Assembly: GCA_963819655.1 (NCBI GenBank)
Contig: CAWFXA010000001.1
Coordinates: 224,001-288,000 of the forward strand
Origin: an uncultured Chloroflexia bacterium
Lineage (GTDB): Bacteria; Chloroflexota; Limnocylindria; Limnocylindrales; CSP1-4
DNA length: 64,000 nucleotides
Reading direction: 5' to 3'
Each line of letters begins with the position of its first letter. Positions within the stretch are counted from its first letter, which is position 1. The translations under genes and the position numbers were made by a program. Positions 47,852 through 57,946 of this stretch are shown here, one piece after another. The notes beneath the pieces were generated by a model. It saw nothing but the letters and a program-made list of their open reading frames with translations, was not told the DNA's origin and did no database searches.

Positions 47852-49216
47852 TCAGGCGGCGGCCTCGCCTGCGACGCCGTCGGTGCCGGCGATCCATTTC
47901 GCCTCGAGCAGCTCGCGCAGGCGATCCTGCGCCGATGCCAGCGGGACCCGGGCCACCACCGGCTCGAGGAACCCGAGCACGATGAACTTGCGCGCCTCGT
48001 CGGGCGGGATGCCGCGCGATTCGAGGTAGAAGAGCTGCGTCTCGTCGACCGGCCCGACCGAGCTCGAGTGCATCGCGCGGCGGCAGTCCGGCTGGTCTAT
48101 CTCGAGGCTCGGGATCGCGACCGAGCGCGCCGACTTCGAGAGGTTCATGCCGAACTCGCCGAGGAAGCTGTCGGTCCCGTTGGCCGACCGCTCGATCGTG
48201 ATGAGGCCCTTGAGATACGTCCGCGACTTCTCGAGCAGCGCCGCCTTGGACAGCAGGTCGCCCGTCGTGTTCTTGCCGACGTGCGTCGTGTAGGAGGTCA
48301 GGTCGAACAGCTGCTCGTCGGCCCCGAACACGATCTCGACCTGCTCGACCGAGCTCCGGTCACCGACGAGGCGGTTGTCGACGCGGCTGCGGACCAGGCG
48401 GCCGCCGAGTTGAGCCAACGCCCACTGGAGCGTGGCGGCCTCCCCGATGCTCGCGGTCCGGTGTTGCACGGCGACGACGTTCCCGGGCAGCTCCTGCAGG
48501 CTTGCGACCTGGAGCTTCGCGTTCGCCCCGAGCGTGACCTCCATCGTCCCGGCGAAAAACGACTGGCTCCCTGCCGGGTCGGCGTGGGGCCCCGGAACGA
48601 ACTCCTCGACCACCGACGCGGACGCATCCTTGCCGAGCCGGACCAGCGTGCGTGTCAGGAGTGCCTGCCCGGGTGTGCCGAGGGCCCAGCGCACGACGAT
48701 CGGCTGATCGATGGCCGCTCCGTCGGGGACGTCGACCAGCACGCCCTGGCTCCAGGCGGCACGGGTCAGTTGGGCGAACTTGTCGTCAGCCGCGAGCGCC
48801 GCGCCATCGATCAGCGCCTCGCGGACGGACTCGAGGTCGTCGCGCAGGGAGCGCAGCGCGACGCCGGCCGCCCGGGCCCGCTCCGACAACGCGATGCTCG
48901 AGACGCGCCCGTCGGAGATCTCGATCAGCGCTGCAGCGTCCTCGGGGAGGTCACCGGCCACCGGATCCGCGGCGTTCATCTTGACCACGACATGGGCGTC
49001 CTCGAGATGCGCCGCACGCAAGTCGATATAGGGCGTATACAGGAGGTTCGACTCCGCCGGCAGGCGAGAGTACGACTCGAACGCACCGAGCCGGTCGGCC
49101 GTCAGCCAGTCGGGCTCGGTCGCCGAGAACGCGTCTAGCAGCGAGGTGTCGATCGTAAGGGACAGGTCATCGATGGCCCGCCGCGCGGGCCGGGGCCGTG
49201 AGGCCTGGGCCGTCAA
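47852..49216 (-). CDS. sufD: Fe-S cluster assembly protein SufD
   Basis: IPSLEI...AMHSSSVG...FYLESRGI; follows sufB. Confidence 0.88.
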   Translation of the reverse strand: MTAQASRPRPARRAIDDLSLTIDTSLLDAFSATEPDWLTADRLGAFESYSRLPAESNLLYTPYIDLRAAHLEDAHVVVKMNAADPVAGDLPEDAAALIEISDGRVSSIALSERARAAGVALRSLRDDLESVREALIDGAALAADDKFAQLTRAAWSQGVLVDVPDGAAIDQPIVVRWALGTPGQALLTRTLVRLGKDASASVVEEFVPGPHADPAGSQSFFAGTMEVTLGANAKLQVASLQELPGNVVAVQHRTASIGEAATLQWALAQLGGRLVRSRVDNRLVGDRSSVEQVEIVFGADEQLFDLTSYTTHVGKNTTGDLLSKAALLEKSRTYLKGLITIERSANGTDSFLGEFGMNLSKSARSVAIPSLEIDQPDCRRAMHSSSVGPVDETQLFYLESRGIPPDEARKFIVLGFLEPVVARVPLASAQDRLRELLEAKWIAGTDGVAGEAAA

Positions 49217-50616
49217 CCCAGGGACCCTTCCATCTCCATCTTCACCAGCCGGTTGAACTCGATGGCGTATTCCATCGGCAGTTCCTTGGTGAACACCTCG
49301 AGGAAGCCCTGGACGATCAGGTTCTGTGCCTCGTTCTCGGTCAGGCCGCGACTCATGAGATAGAAGACCTGGTCGGCACTGATCTTCCCGACCGTGGCCT
49401 CGTGGGTCATGGTCGTGTCGTCTTCCTGGATGTCGATGTAGGGGTACGTGTCGCTGCGGCTCTGGTCGTCGAGCATCAGCGCGTCACAGCGGACACTGGC
49501 CACGACGTTCGTGGCACCCGGCGCGACCTTGAGCTGGCCGCGGTACGTCGCCCGTCCGCCGTCCTTCGACACGGACTTCGAGACGATCCGCGAGCGCGTG
49601 TTCGGAGCCAGGTGGATGGCCTTGGCCCCGGTGTCCTGGTGCTGGCCCTTGCCGGCCACCGCGACGCTGATGATGTCGGCTGTGGCACCCTCACCGCGCA
49701 GGTAGATCGCCGGGAACTTGACGGTCTTGCGCGAGCCGGTGTTGGCGTCGATCCACTCGACCGTGCTGTTCTCGTAGGCATGGGCGCGCTTGGTCACGAG
49801 GTTGTAGACGTCGTTCGACCAGTTCTGGATCGTCGTGTAGCGAACCTTGGAGCCCGGCAGTGCCACGACCTCGACGACCGCTGCGTGGAGGCTGTCGGTC
49901 GCGTAGATGGGGGCTGTGCAGCCCTCGATGTAGTGGACCTTGGCACCCTCATCGACGACGATGAGCGTCCGCTCGAACTGGCCGGTGTTCTCGCCGTTGA
50001 TGCGGAAGTAGGCCTGCAGCGGGAGGGGGACCTCGACGCCCTTCGGGACGTACACGAACGAGCCGCCCGACCACACGGCGCTGTTGAGCGCCGCGAACTT
50101 GTTGTCCTCGGGCGGGACGATCGTGCCGAAGTGCTTCTTGAAGATGTCCGGGTATTCCTTGAGCGCCTGGTCGGTGCCCATGAACACGACGCCGATCTTG
50201 GACAGCTCCTCGCGGACGCTGTGGTAGACGACCTCAGAGTCGTACTGGGCGCCCACACCGGCGAGGAACTTGCGCTCCGCCTCGGGGATGCCGAGCCGCT
50301 CGAACGTCGCCTTGATCTGCTCGGGGACGTCGTCCCACGACTTCTCTTCGCGCTCCGACGGCTTGCGGTAGTAGACGATCTTGTCGAAGTCGATGCGATC
50401 GAGACCGTCGGTCCAGGCGGGCATGGCCCGTTTCTGGAAATGGTCGTAGGCGCGCAACCGGAACTGGAGCATCCAGTCCGGCTCCTCCTTGAAGCCGCTG
50501 ATCTCCTCGACCGTGGCACGGGTCAGCCCGCGCTTGGTCTCGCGCAGGTACGCGATGTCGTCATGGAAGGCGAACTGTTCTCGCTTGTCGGTGACGATGT
50601 CGCGAGTAGCGGTCAT
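49213..50616 (-). CDS. sufB: Fe-S cluster assembly protein SufB
   Basis: LGIPEAER, NSAVWSGGSF, GQFERTLI, EGCTAP, HEATVG, FYLMSRGL. Confidence 0.96.
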   Translation of the reverse strand: MTATRDIVTDKREQFAFHDDIAYLRETKRGLTRATVEEISGFKEEPDWMLQFRLRAYDHFQKRAMPAWTDGLDRIDFDKIVYYRKPSEREEKSWDDVPEQIKATFERLGIPEAERKFLAGVGAQYDSEVVYHSVREELSKIGVVFMGTDQALKEYPDIFKKHFGTIVPPEDNKFAALNSAVWSGGSFVYVPKGVEVPLPLQAYFRINGENTGQFERTLIVVDEGAKVHYIEGCTAPIYATDSLHAAVVEVVALPGSKVRYTTIQNWSNDVYNLVTKRAHAYENSTVEWIDANTGSRKTVKFPAIYLRGEGATADIISVAVAGKGQHQDTGAKAIHLAPNTRSRIVSKSVSKDGGRATYRGQLKVAPGATNVVASVRCDALMLDDQSRSDTYPYIDIQEDDTTMTHEATVGKISADQVFYLMSRGLTENEAQNLIVQGFLEVFTKELPMEYAIEFNRLVKMEMEGSLG

Positions 50617-50688
50617 TCGGTCCTCGGTCCTAGGGTCCAGCGGGGACGTCGGCGAGCGGCCTGCGCGGACGGCCGGCCTGCCGTGGTC

Positions 50689-50730
50689 AATTCCGACCTA
50701 GATTATCGGGATTAAGGCCGAGACCGTCAA
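50689..50730 (-). promoter_or_regulatory. suf promoter with overlapping Rrf2/IscR-like palindromic operator
   Basis: Minus strand TTGACG-N17-GATAAT; 25-bp imperfect palindrome AATTCCGACCTAGATTATCGGGATT (50689-50713) covers the -10. Confidence 0.7.
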
Positions 50731-50827
50731 CGACAGCCCACGCCAAGAGCGCGCTGCGGCGGCGCGCGAACACGACACCGCCCCTGATGGGACGGTGTCG
50801 TGTCGAGTGTTCGGCGATCGGATGCCG

Positions 50828-51508
50828 TCAGGCGCGGGCCGGTGTGTCCTGCTCGATCGCGTGGATCTGGCCTCCGGCGCCCAGGCCATCGGGCGGCTCG
50901 GTGAACGAGCTGCCCGGCGTCTCGAGAGCCTTGCTAAAGGCGGACGGCTTGGCGCTCGCCGTCTTGACGGCATCGCCCGCCGGCTTGGCGGCATCGAAGG
51001 CGTGGGTGTCGTCATCGAGATCCCAGGCAGTTCGGCGCTCCGCCATCCGATCGCGGGCCCGCTGGGCGCTCTCGCGCAGACGGGTCTTGACGCTCGGGGA
51101 GTTGATCAGGGCCCAGCCGACCATGCCGATCGTCACGAGCCCGGCGAGGATGAACGGCACGCGCGAGACCCGATTGGCGGGCTTCACGAGGCCGGCCGAC
51201 TCCGCCGCGTCGCGGGCGCCCTTGGCGACCTGCTGGGCACCCTTCACGGCGCCGTTCGCGACCTGCTTCGAGGCCTGCTTGGCGCCGTCGGCAACCTTGT
51301 CCATGTCGACTCGCGGCATCTCGACCGCGGTCACGTCGACCCGCGGCATCTCGAACTCGCGGCGGAACGCCTCGATGTCCTTGCGGACCGCGCGAAGCTC
51401 CTTGCGAGCCTCGCCGAGCCCTTTCGCGATGTCGTCGCGGGACATCTCTGGCAGCCGCAACTCGGGCAGCCGGAAATCCCGGATGACTTTCAGATTCAAC
51501 TCAGGCAT
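50828..51508 (-). CDS. Hypothetical membrane-anchored protein with LPE/EMPRVD repeats
   Basis: GAGGAGG RBS; RLPELRLPEM, EMPRVD x2, one TM segment. Confidence 0.7.
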   Translation of the reverse strand: MPELNLKVIRDFRLPELRLPEMSRDDIAKGLGEARKELRAVRKDIEAFRREFEMPRVDVTAVEMPRVDMDKVADGAKQASKQVANGAVKGAQQVAKGARDAAESAGLVKPANRVSRVPFILAGLVTIGMVGWALINSPSVKTRLRESAQRARDRMAERRTAWDLDDDTHAFDAAKPAGDAVKTASAKPSAFSKALETPGSSFTEPPDGLGAGGQIHAIEQDTPARA

Positions 51509-51623
51509 CGCTCGCCTCCTCGGCACGGGTGGTCCCCAAGGATACCCCGATAGGTCCTGTGGCCCTCGATGCGACAAGGGCCGGCGGGATTGCAGTCCCG
51601 TACCATCCGGCGGCGGCCCCGAT

Positions 51624-51685
51624 CGTCAGGGCGTAAGCGTCAGGGCGTGAGCGTCTAGGGCGTCAGCGTCTAGGGCGTCAGCGTC
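51624..51685. repeat. 14-15-bp tandem repeat x4 containing the CAP gene stop
   Basis: Minus strand ACGCTGACGCCCTAG x2, ACGCTCACGCCCTG, ACGCTTACGCCCTG. Confidence 0.85.
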
Positions 51686-52482
51686 TTGGTCGCCCAGGCT
51701 CCCCAGTTGCCTCTCAGGTCGCGCTCGCGGACCCGGAACTCGTAGTGCGCGCCGCGTCGCCACCACTTGGTCGCGGACGTCGAGCGGGTCGTCCCGAGGT
51801 TCTCCCACGACCCGCCGGCGAGACGCCGCTGGATCTGGAAGTAGCGATGCCCGGCGGTCAGGACCTGCAGGCGGAGGTCGCCGCCGCTCCAACGGATCGT
51901 GCCCCGGGCCCAGGTCGCGTTGAGGTAGACCTTGCTGAAGGAGCCGACCCGGGCGTAGCCGCCCGTCCGGTCGGGGCCGCGGAGATAGACGCCCGCCCAG
52001 TAGCGGGTCCCGTCGTCGGCGATCGCCAGCCCGAAACCGACGTAGTTGTAGTCGTCCGAGACGACGATGGCCCGGTGGCCGGCCGACCCCATCCAGCCCT
52101 GGACGGCGAAGGACGCGGAGTAGTCGAGGGGGCCGGCTGTGTTCCAGGCGATGATCTCGCCGGCTGCGTACCAGCGGATACCTGCCGCCTCGATCATGTC
52201 GAATACGTCCCGGCCGCCCGATTGGGTGTGGCTGAAGTTGCCGGTGGCGGCCATGTACTCGGCTCGATCGCGGGCCAGCGCCGCCATCCGCGCATCCCAG
52301 CGGAGCTTGATAAGCCCTCGTGCCGTGCGGCGCTGGTTGGTGAGGGCGAGCGCGTCCTGTTCAGCGGCCTGGATGGCGGACTCGCTCACGTCGGCGCCGG
52401 TCGCTGTCGCGGCGGGGACGACGCCGGAGACCAGGACGATCGCGAGCATGAGGGGGCCGAGGCGGCGGAGATGGGAACGCAT
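51670..52482 (-). CDS. Secreted CAP/SCP-domain protein with C-terminal beta (FN3-like) domain
   Basis: Signal peptide; TNQRR, FSH, GEIIA, WMGSAGHRA, VGFG. Confidence 0.85.
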   Translation of the reverse strand: MRSHLRRLGPLMLAIVLVSGVVPAATATGADVSESAIQAAEQDALALTNQRRTARGLIKLRWDARMAALARDRAEYMAATGNFSHTQSGGRDVFDMIEAAGIRWYAAGEIIAWNTAGPLDYSASFAVQGWMGSAGHRAIVVSDDYNYVGFGLAIADDGTRYWAGVYLRGPDRTGGYARVGSFSKVYLNATWARGTIRWSGGDLRLQVLTAGHRYFQIQRRLAGGSWENLGTTRSTSATKWWRRGAHYEFRVRERDLRGNWGAWATKTLTP

Positions 52483-52684
52483 GAGTCGATGGTCGGCAGC
52501 CGTGGCGCGTCCGGGAACCGCTCGGCGGTCCCAGCCAGCCGGCGCGGATGGTCCCCTGCCGACCGCACCCGAGCCGACCCGACCCACCCGGACCGCGCCG
52601 CTCCGACCCTGCTACCTGTGGTGGCGGCGGCCGCACGTCCGGTCTGCGACCATGGGAACGACCCGATCGACAAAGGAGACGAAG

Positions 52685-53128
52685 ATGCCTGCTATCCGAC
52701 GCGCGGAGGTCACCTGGGCCGGCGATCTCGCATTCGGTAAGGGGACCGTGAGCGCGGTCTCGAGCAACGCCTTCACCGACCTACCCGTGAGCTGGACCGC
52801 GCGGACCGAATTGCCGGGCGGGAAGACCAGTCCCGAGGAGCTCGTCGCGGCGGCGCACGCATCCTGCTTCGCCATGGCGTTCTCGGGAGGCCTCGGCCGG
52901 GCCGGCGCGCCGCCGGAGCGGCTCACGGTGTCGGCCGACGTGACGTTCGACAAGGTGGAGGCAGGCTGGCGCGTCGTGTCCAGCCACCTGACCGTCCGTG
53001 GCGTCGTGCCAGGGATGTCGAGCGACGATTTCGTTGCCGCGGCCGAGGCGGCCAAGGACGGCTGCCCGATCAGCCAGGCGCTCAAGGGCAACGTCGCACT
53101 CAGCGTCGACGCCGCGCTCGAGGGCTAG
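52685..53128 (+). CDS. osmC: OsmC family peroxiredoxin
   Basis: SPEELVAAAHASCFAMA...AKDGCPISQAL; AAGGAG RBS. Confidence 0.92.
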   Translation: MPAIRRAEVTWAGDLAFGKGTVSAVSSNAFTDLPVSWTARTELPGGKTSPEELVAAAHASCFAMAFSGGLGRAGAPPERLTVSADVTFDKVEAGWRVVSSHLTVRGVVPGMSSDDFVAAAEAAKDGCPISQALKGNVALSVDAALEG

Positions 53129-53160
53129 CGCCGGCCGACCACCACGGTCCGAGATCCGAT

Positions 53161-54099
53161 TCAGCCGATCGCGAGCATCCGCCGCGGGTTGGCCACGGTC
53201 ATCGTGTCGATCTCGGCCTCGCCGACACCGGCCTCCCGGAGGCGTGGCAGGAACGTCCGCGCGAGATACGTGTAGCCGTTGCCGCCGTAACGCGAGAGCT
53301 GCGAGTCGTGGCAGACGTCCTGCGACAACAGGATCCGCTCGACGTGCCCGCGGCCGAGAAGGTCGCAGAGGAGCTCGACGACGCGGCCCTCGCCAAGGCG
53401 CTCGCTGGGCGTGAACGACATGCCGAGGAAGTCGAATTCCAGGCTCGCCCCACGCTCCAGGATGGCGAGGTAATGGTCGAGCCGCGGGAAGGAATTGGCG
53501 TGGCCGATGACGACCCGCTCCGGGTCGGCGCCCTCATCCTCGATGATCCGCAGCTGGTCGAGACCGACCGGCGACAGGACACCGTGGGTGGTGATCGCGA
53601 GGCCCGTTCGGCGGGCGGCCCGCGCGGCGGCGCGGTGGACCCGCTCCTCGAGCGCCGAGACCCATGGCTTATCCGTGCCTATCTCGCCGATGATGCCCGG
53701 CCGGATGCCCGTGTCGCCGACGCCGTCGGTCGCTTCGCGGACCAGCTCGTCGGCCAGATCGTCGACAGAGCGCCGGTCGATGCGCGCCTCGGGCGGGTAG
53801 TAAGCGCCGCGATACCAGCCGCAGCCCATGACGACGTGCAGCCCGGATGATCTGGCGATCCCGTCAAGCCAGGCCGGGTCGCGCCCGACGCCGGGGAGCG
53901 TCAGGTCGACCAGGCCGCCCCCGCCAGCCTCGCGGTAGGCCGCGAGCTCCTCGAGGATGAGCGGCTCGTCTCGGGTGAGCTGCCAGTAGTCCCACCGGCC
54001 GGGCACGTGCCACAGGGCGATCTGGGTGTGCTCGTGGGGCAGCGTGAACCCGAGGTCCGCCGGGTCGATCGGGCCGAGGACGGTCTGGATGTGGGCCAT
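53161..54099 (-). CDS. Phosphotriesterase-family (PHP/lactonase) metallohydrolase
   Basis: IQTVLGP, PHEH, GIIGEIG, TTH, IGH, LSQD. Confidence 0.9.
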   Translation of the reverse strand: MAHIQTVLGPIDPADLGFTLPHEHTQIALWHVPGRWDYWQLTRDEPLILEELAAYREAGGGGLVDLTLPGVGRDPAWLDGIARSSGLHVVMGCGWYRGAYYPPEARIDRRSVDDLADELVREATDGVGDTGIRPGIIGEIGTDKPWVSALEERVHRAAARAARRTGLAITTHGVLSPVGLDQLRIIEDEGADPERVVIGHANSFPRLDHYLAILERGASLEFDFLGMSFTPSERLGEGRVVELLCDLLGRGHVERILLSQDVCHDSQLSRYGGNGYTYLARTFLPRLREAGVGEAEIDTMTVANPRRMLAIG

Positions 54100-54111
54100 C
54101 GCCGCCCGATG

Positions 54112-54753
54112 CTACGCCGTGGACACCGCCGGTCGCTCGACCGCCGCCGAAGCGAGCAGCACGTCGAGGAGCGCGGTCGCGCGCCGGATCGACTCCTCGG
54201 GACGATAGGAATCGCCGGCTTCGATCCTCTGGAGCAGGAGCCCGTCCAGCAGCGCCAGGAACCCGCGTGCCAGGCCGTCGACGTCGATCCACGTCGGCAG
54301 CTCACCGCGCACGATGCCCTCGCGGAGCAGCAACTGCGCGGCCCCGACCAGGCGCTCGCGGCGGCGGGCCAGCATCTCGCGGACGCCGGGCTCCTCGCCG
54401 GCCTCGGCCCAGGCGCGCACGAGACCTACCTGGCCCGGCGCTCCCTGGAACTCGTCGATCGACTCGACGTAATAGGCGATTGCCATGGAGAGGCGGTCGG
54501 CGGTCGAGGTGAGCGGCGCCAGGCGGGTCGCCAACTCGTCGAGGCCCTGGCCGGAGATCAGGTCGCAGCTGTGGAGGAACAGCTCCTCCTTGCCGGTGAA
54601 GTGCGTGTAGATCGCACCCACCGACAGGCCGGACCGGCCGACGACATCGGCGATGGTCGCGCGGTGATAGCCCTTCTCCGAGAACACCCCGACTGCGGCG
54701 CGGATGATCCGGTCGCGGACCTGCTGCTCCTGGGCGGCGGACAAGCGTGGCAC
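54112..54753 (-). CDS. TetR/AcrR family transcriptional regulator
   Basis: AAVGVFSEKGY..TIADV..SGLSVGAIYTHFTGKEELF. Confidence 0.92.
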   Translation of the reverse strand: MPRLSAAQEQQVRDRIIRAAVGVFSEKGYHRATIADVVGRSGLSVGAIYTHFTGKEELFLHSCDLISGQGLDELATRLAPLTSTADRLSMAIAYYVESIDEFQGAPGQVGLVRAWAEAGEEPGVREMLARRRERLVGAAQLLLREGIVRGELPTWIDVDGLARGFLALLDGLLLQRIEAGDSYRPEESIRRATALLDVLLASAAVERPAVSTA

Positions 54754-54828
54754 GAAAGTCGACTCCAAAACGAATGCTTGCTCTCGCAACGGTACCTCGG
54801 CCGACTGCGCCCCGCAACGCGAAACCGT

Positions 54829-54858
54829 TTGACAAGGGGAATGACCATTCTCTATGGT
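54829..54858 (+). promoter_or_regulatory. MMPL promoter with TetR-type palindrome in the spacer
   Basis: TTGACA-N18-TATGGT; GAATGACCATTC palindrome at 54839-54850. Confidence 0.7.
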
Positions 54859-54899
54859 TGGCAGCGAACGATCGAAGCGCCACGACCTGGGGTACCCGC

Positions 54900-57257
54900 A
54901 TGTTCAGTGCCTGGGGAGCGTTCGTCTACCGCTTCCGCCGACCCATCCTCATCATCGCCGTCCTGTTCGCGATCGCGTCCGCGTCGCTCGCCTCGCAGGT
55001 CACAGGCGCGCTCAGCGCGGGCGGCTGGACCGACCCGGATTCGGAATCCGCGGCCGTCACCGATCGGCTGACGCGGGACTTCGGGGCCGGCGGGGGCGCG
55101 ATCATCGCGGTCGTCCGCGGCACGGCGAGCAACGATGCCCGGTCCGCGGCCTTCCAGGAGACGATCGCTGGCTCTCTCGACCGGCTCCTCGCCGACGAGC
55201 GGGTCGACGGCGCGATCGGCTGGACCGAGACCCACGACGATCGATTCATCAGCACCGACGGGACCTCGGCCTACGTCGTCGTCCGACTCGCGATCACCGA
55301 CGAGGCCGCGGTCAACCAGATGTCCGAGCTCCGCGCACTCGTCGACTACCCGACCGACGTGACCCTCCAGCTCACCGGCGTGGCGCCCGCGACCCAGGAC
55401 CAGGCCGAGCAGTCGGAGAAGGAGCTGCTGCAGGCCGAGACGGTGTCGTTCCCGTTCGCGGCGCTGATCCTGATCCTCGTCTTCGCCTCGCTCGTCGCGG
55501 CGGGCATGCCGCTGCTCGTGGCCGCGCTGGCCATCCCGACCACGCTCGGCGGCGTCTATCTCGCCGCCCAGGTGACCGAGCTATCGATCTATGTCCAGAA
55601 CGTGGCGACGATGCTCGGGCTGGCGCTCGCCATCGACTATTCGCTGTTCATGGTCAGTCGCTTCCGCGAGGAGCTGCGCCGCGGTCGCGATGTCGGCACG
55701 GCCGTCACGATCACCGTCGCCACGAGCGGCAAGGCCGTCACGTTCTCGGGGCTAGCCGTCGCGGTCGGGCTGTCCGGTCTCCTGCTGTTCGAGCCGACCG
55801 CGCTCCGGTCGTTCGGGATCGGCGGCGCGCTGACCGTCAGCGCGTCGGTGTTCTTCGCGCTGACCTTCTTGCCGGCCGCGCTGGGCATGCTCGGCCCGCG
55901 CGTGAACGCTCTGAGCGTGTCCGGGCTGCGCGACCGCATCTCGCGCACACTCGGCCGGCCCGTCGGTGTCGCTGCCGAAGCGGCCAGGACATCGAGGTGG
56001 GAGCGCATGGCGCACTGGGTCATGGCGCGGCCATTCACCGTGCTCGTGCCGACGCTCGTCCTGTTGCTCGTTCTCGGCATCCCGTTCCTGCGCCTCGTGC
56101 AGGGCATCCCGGACGCGACGGTCCTGCCACCGGGCATCGAAAGCCGCGAGGCGTCGGTCGCCCTATCGACCGAGTTCCAGGCCGGCGAGACGTCGCCGAT
56201 CATCGTGCTCGCGACCGTCGATGGCGCACCCACGGACGAGGTCAACGTCCAACGCATCCTGGACCTCGGGACGGCGATCGACGCCGTCGACGGGATCGAT
56301 CGCGTCGAGGGGCCATTCGTCGGTCTTAAGGACCCGGCCAGTGGGACCGACCTCGATGCCGCCGGCATCGCCGCGCTCTTCGGCACGCCACGCGATCAGC
56401 TGCCGCCAGAGCTCGCGACCGGCCTCGAGCGTCTCGAGGAGACGTACATCCGCGGCTCGACCGTCCGGCTCGATGCCGTGAGTCCGGAGTCGCCATTGTC
56501 ACCCGCTGGCACCGCAGTGGTGCCAGGCGTCCGCGCGGTCGAGGTCGCCGGTGTCGAGAGCCTCGTCGGTGGCCTCGCGGCGGACGGGCACGACTTCATG
56601 GCGAGCCAGTCGGCGACGATCCCATGGGCGATCGCCGTGACCCTCGGGGGGAGCGCTGTCATCCTGTTCTTCCTGTTCGGATCGGTCGTGATCCCGATCA
56701 AGGCCGTGATCATGACGCTGCTCTCGATCACCGCCTCGTTCGGGGCGCTCGTGTTCATCTTCCAGGACGGCAACTTCGCCGACGTGCTCGGGTTCACGAC
56801 ACCGGGCTTCACCATCGCCGGCAACCCGATCATCATGTTCAGCGTGCTGTTCGGCCTGTCGATGGACTACGAGGTCCTGCTCCTGTCCCGGGTCCAGGAG
56901 GCCTATCGGCGCACCGGCGACAACACGGCGTCGGTCGCTGAGGGGCTGGCCAAGACCGCCGGCGTCATCACCGGCGCTGCGCTGATCATGGTCACCGTCT
57001 TCTCGGCCTTTGCCCTGGCCGAGTCGATCACGATCAAGAGCATCGGGGTCGGCATGGCGATCGCCGTTCTGATCGACGCCACGATCGTGCGCGTGTTGCT
57101 CGTTCCAGCCGCCATGCGGCTAATGGGTCGCTGGAACTGGTGGGCGCCCGGACCGCTCGGCCGGCTGGCCGATCGACTCGGCTTCAGCCACGTCGAGGAC
57201 GAGCCCCCGTCCGCCACGCCGACACCGACACCCTCGCCGGCGGGCGCCGGAACGTAG
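54900..57257 (+). CDS. MMPL/RND family transporter
   Basis: Two repeated halves with LAIDYSLFMVSRFREE and GLSMDYEVLLLSRVQE; many TM segments. Confidence 0.93.
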   Translation: MFSAWGAFVYRFRRPILIIAVLFAIASASLASQVTGALSAGGWTDPDSESAAVTDRLTRDFGAGGGAIIAVVRGTASNDARSAAFQETIAGSLDRLLADERVDGAIGWTETHDDRFISTDGTSAYVVVRLAITDEAAVNQMSELRALVDYPTDVTLQLTGVAPATQDQAEQSEKELLQAETVSFPFAALILILVFASLVAAGMPLLVAALAIPTTLGGVYLAAQVTELSIYVQNVATMLGLALAIDYSLFMVSRFREELRRGRDVGTAVTITVATSGKAVTFSGLAVAVGLSGLLLFEPTALRSFGIGGALTVSASVFFALTFLPAALGMLGPRVNALSVSGLRDRISRTLGRPVGVAAEAARTSRWERMAHWVMARPFTVLVPTLVLLLVLGIPFLRLVQGIPDATVLPPGIESREASVALSTEFQAGETSPIIVLATVDGAPTDEVNVQRILDLGTAIDAVDGIDRVEGPFVGLKDPASGTDLDAAGIAALFGTPRDQLPPELATGLERLEETYIRGSTVRLDAVSPESPLSPAGTAVVPGVRAVEVAGVESLVGGLAADGHDFMASQSATIPWAIAVTLGGSAVILFFLFGSVVIPIKAVIMTLLSITASFGALVFIFQDGNFADVLGFTTPGFTIAGNPIIMFSVLFGLSMDYEVLLLSRVQEAYRRTGDNTASVAEGLAKTAGVITGAALIMVTVFSAFALAESITIKSIGVGMAIAVLIDATIVRVLLVPAAMRLMGRWNWWAPGPLGRLADRLGFSHVEDEPPSATPTPTPSPAGAGT

Positions 57258-57262
57258 CCCTG

Positions 57263-57871
57263 ATGGACGACCGACCCGACCAGGTGACGCGCCTCGGTCC
57301 CGAGAGTGGTGGCCGGAGTCCGGACGAGCCAGACGTGCGGGTGTACAGCTGGGAATGGGGCCCGGGGCGGTGGGGCTCCGACCAGCAGCGCCGGCCGGGG
57401 CTGCCGTGGATCGGGATCTTCCTGCTGGTCTTCGGCGGGCTGCTGCTGCTTCAGCAGCTGTTTCCGGAGTCGCGCTCGCTGGGTTCGCTGCTGGTGCTCG
57501 CCATCGGGCTGGCCTTCCTCGTCAGATGGGCCATCTCGCGCGGGACGGGCTCGCTGTATGCCGGCGCGATCATCACCGCGCTTGCGGTGCCGGACGCGCT
57601 CGGCAACGCCGGGCTGAGTCGCGAGGGCCTCGGGACGCTGAGCCTCGGGATCGCGTTCCTGTTCATTGCCGCCGTGCGCATGCGGTCTGGTGGCGGCGTC
57701 GGTTGGCAGGCGTGGTTCGGCGGGCTCCTGACCCTGATCGGTGCCGTCGATCTCATCCAGCCCCAGTTCGGCGGGCTGGTCGTACCGCTCGCGTTGGTCG
57801 TGCTCGGGGCGATCCTCGTTTTCGGCGGCTCGTTCAGCCGGGATCGATCGCGCGAGGATCGCCTCCGCTAG
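57263..57871 (+). CDS. Hypothetical multi-pass membrane protein (LiaF-TM-like)
   Basis: PWIGIFLLVFGGLLLLQQL...; about 6 TM segments. Confidence 0.65.
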   Translation: MDDRPDQVTRLGPESGGRSPDEPDVRVYSWEWGPGRWGSDQQRRPGLPWIGIFLLVFGGLLLLQQLFPESRSLGSLLVLAIGLAFLVRWAISRGTGSLYAGAIITALAVPDALGNAGLSREGLGTLSLGIAFLFIAAVRMRSGGGVGWQAWFGGLLTLIGAVDLIQPQFGGLVVPLALVVLGAILVFGGSFSRDRSREDRLR

Positions 57872-57946
57872 TCCGACACGAGCGGGCCCTTGACATCGCG
57901 GTTGTAGATTAGTCCGGGGGTTCGTCCGTGCAGGAGGGCAGACACC

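Noticed and set aside
47464-50616. suf/Rieske genes as part of the ACP cluster
   Set aside because: Convergent with acpS, has its own promoter, and is a standard housekeeping arrangement.
51624-51685. Possible mini-CRISPR array (also 29924-29968)
   Set aside because: Units are 14-15 bp with no spacers and no cas genes nearby.
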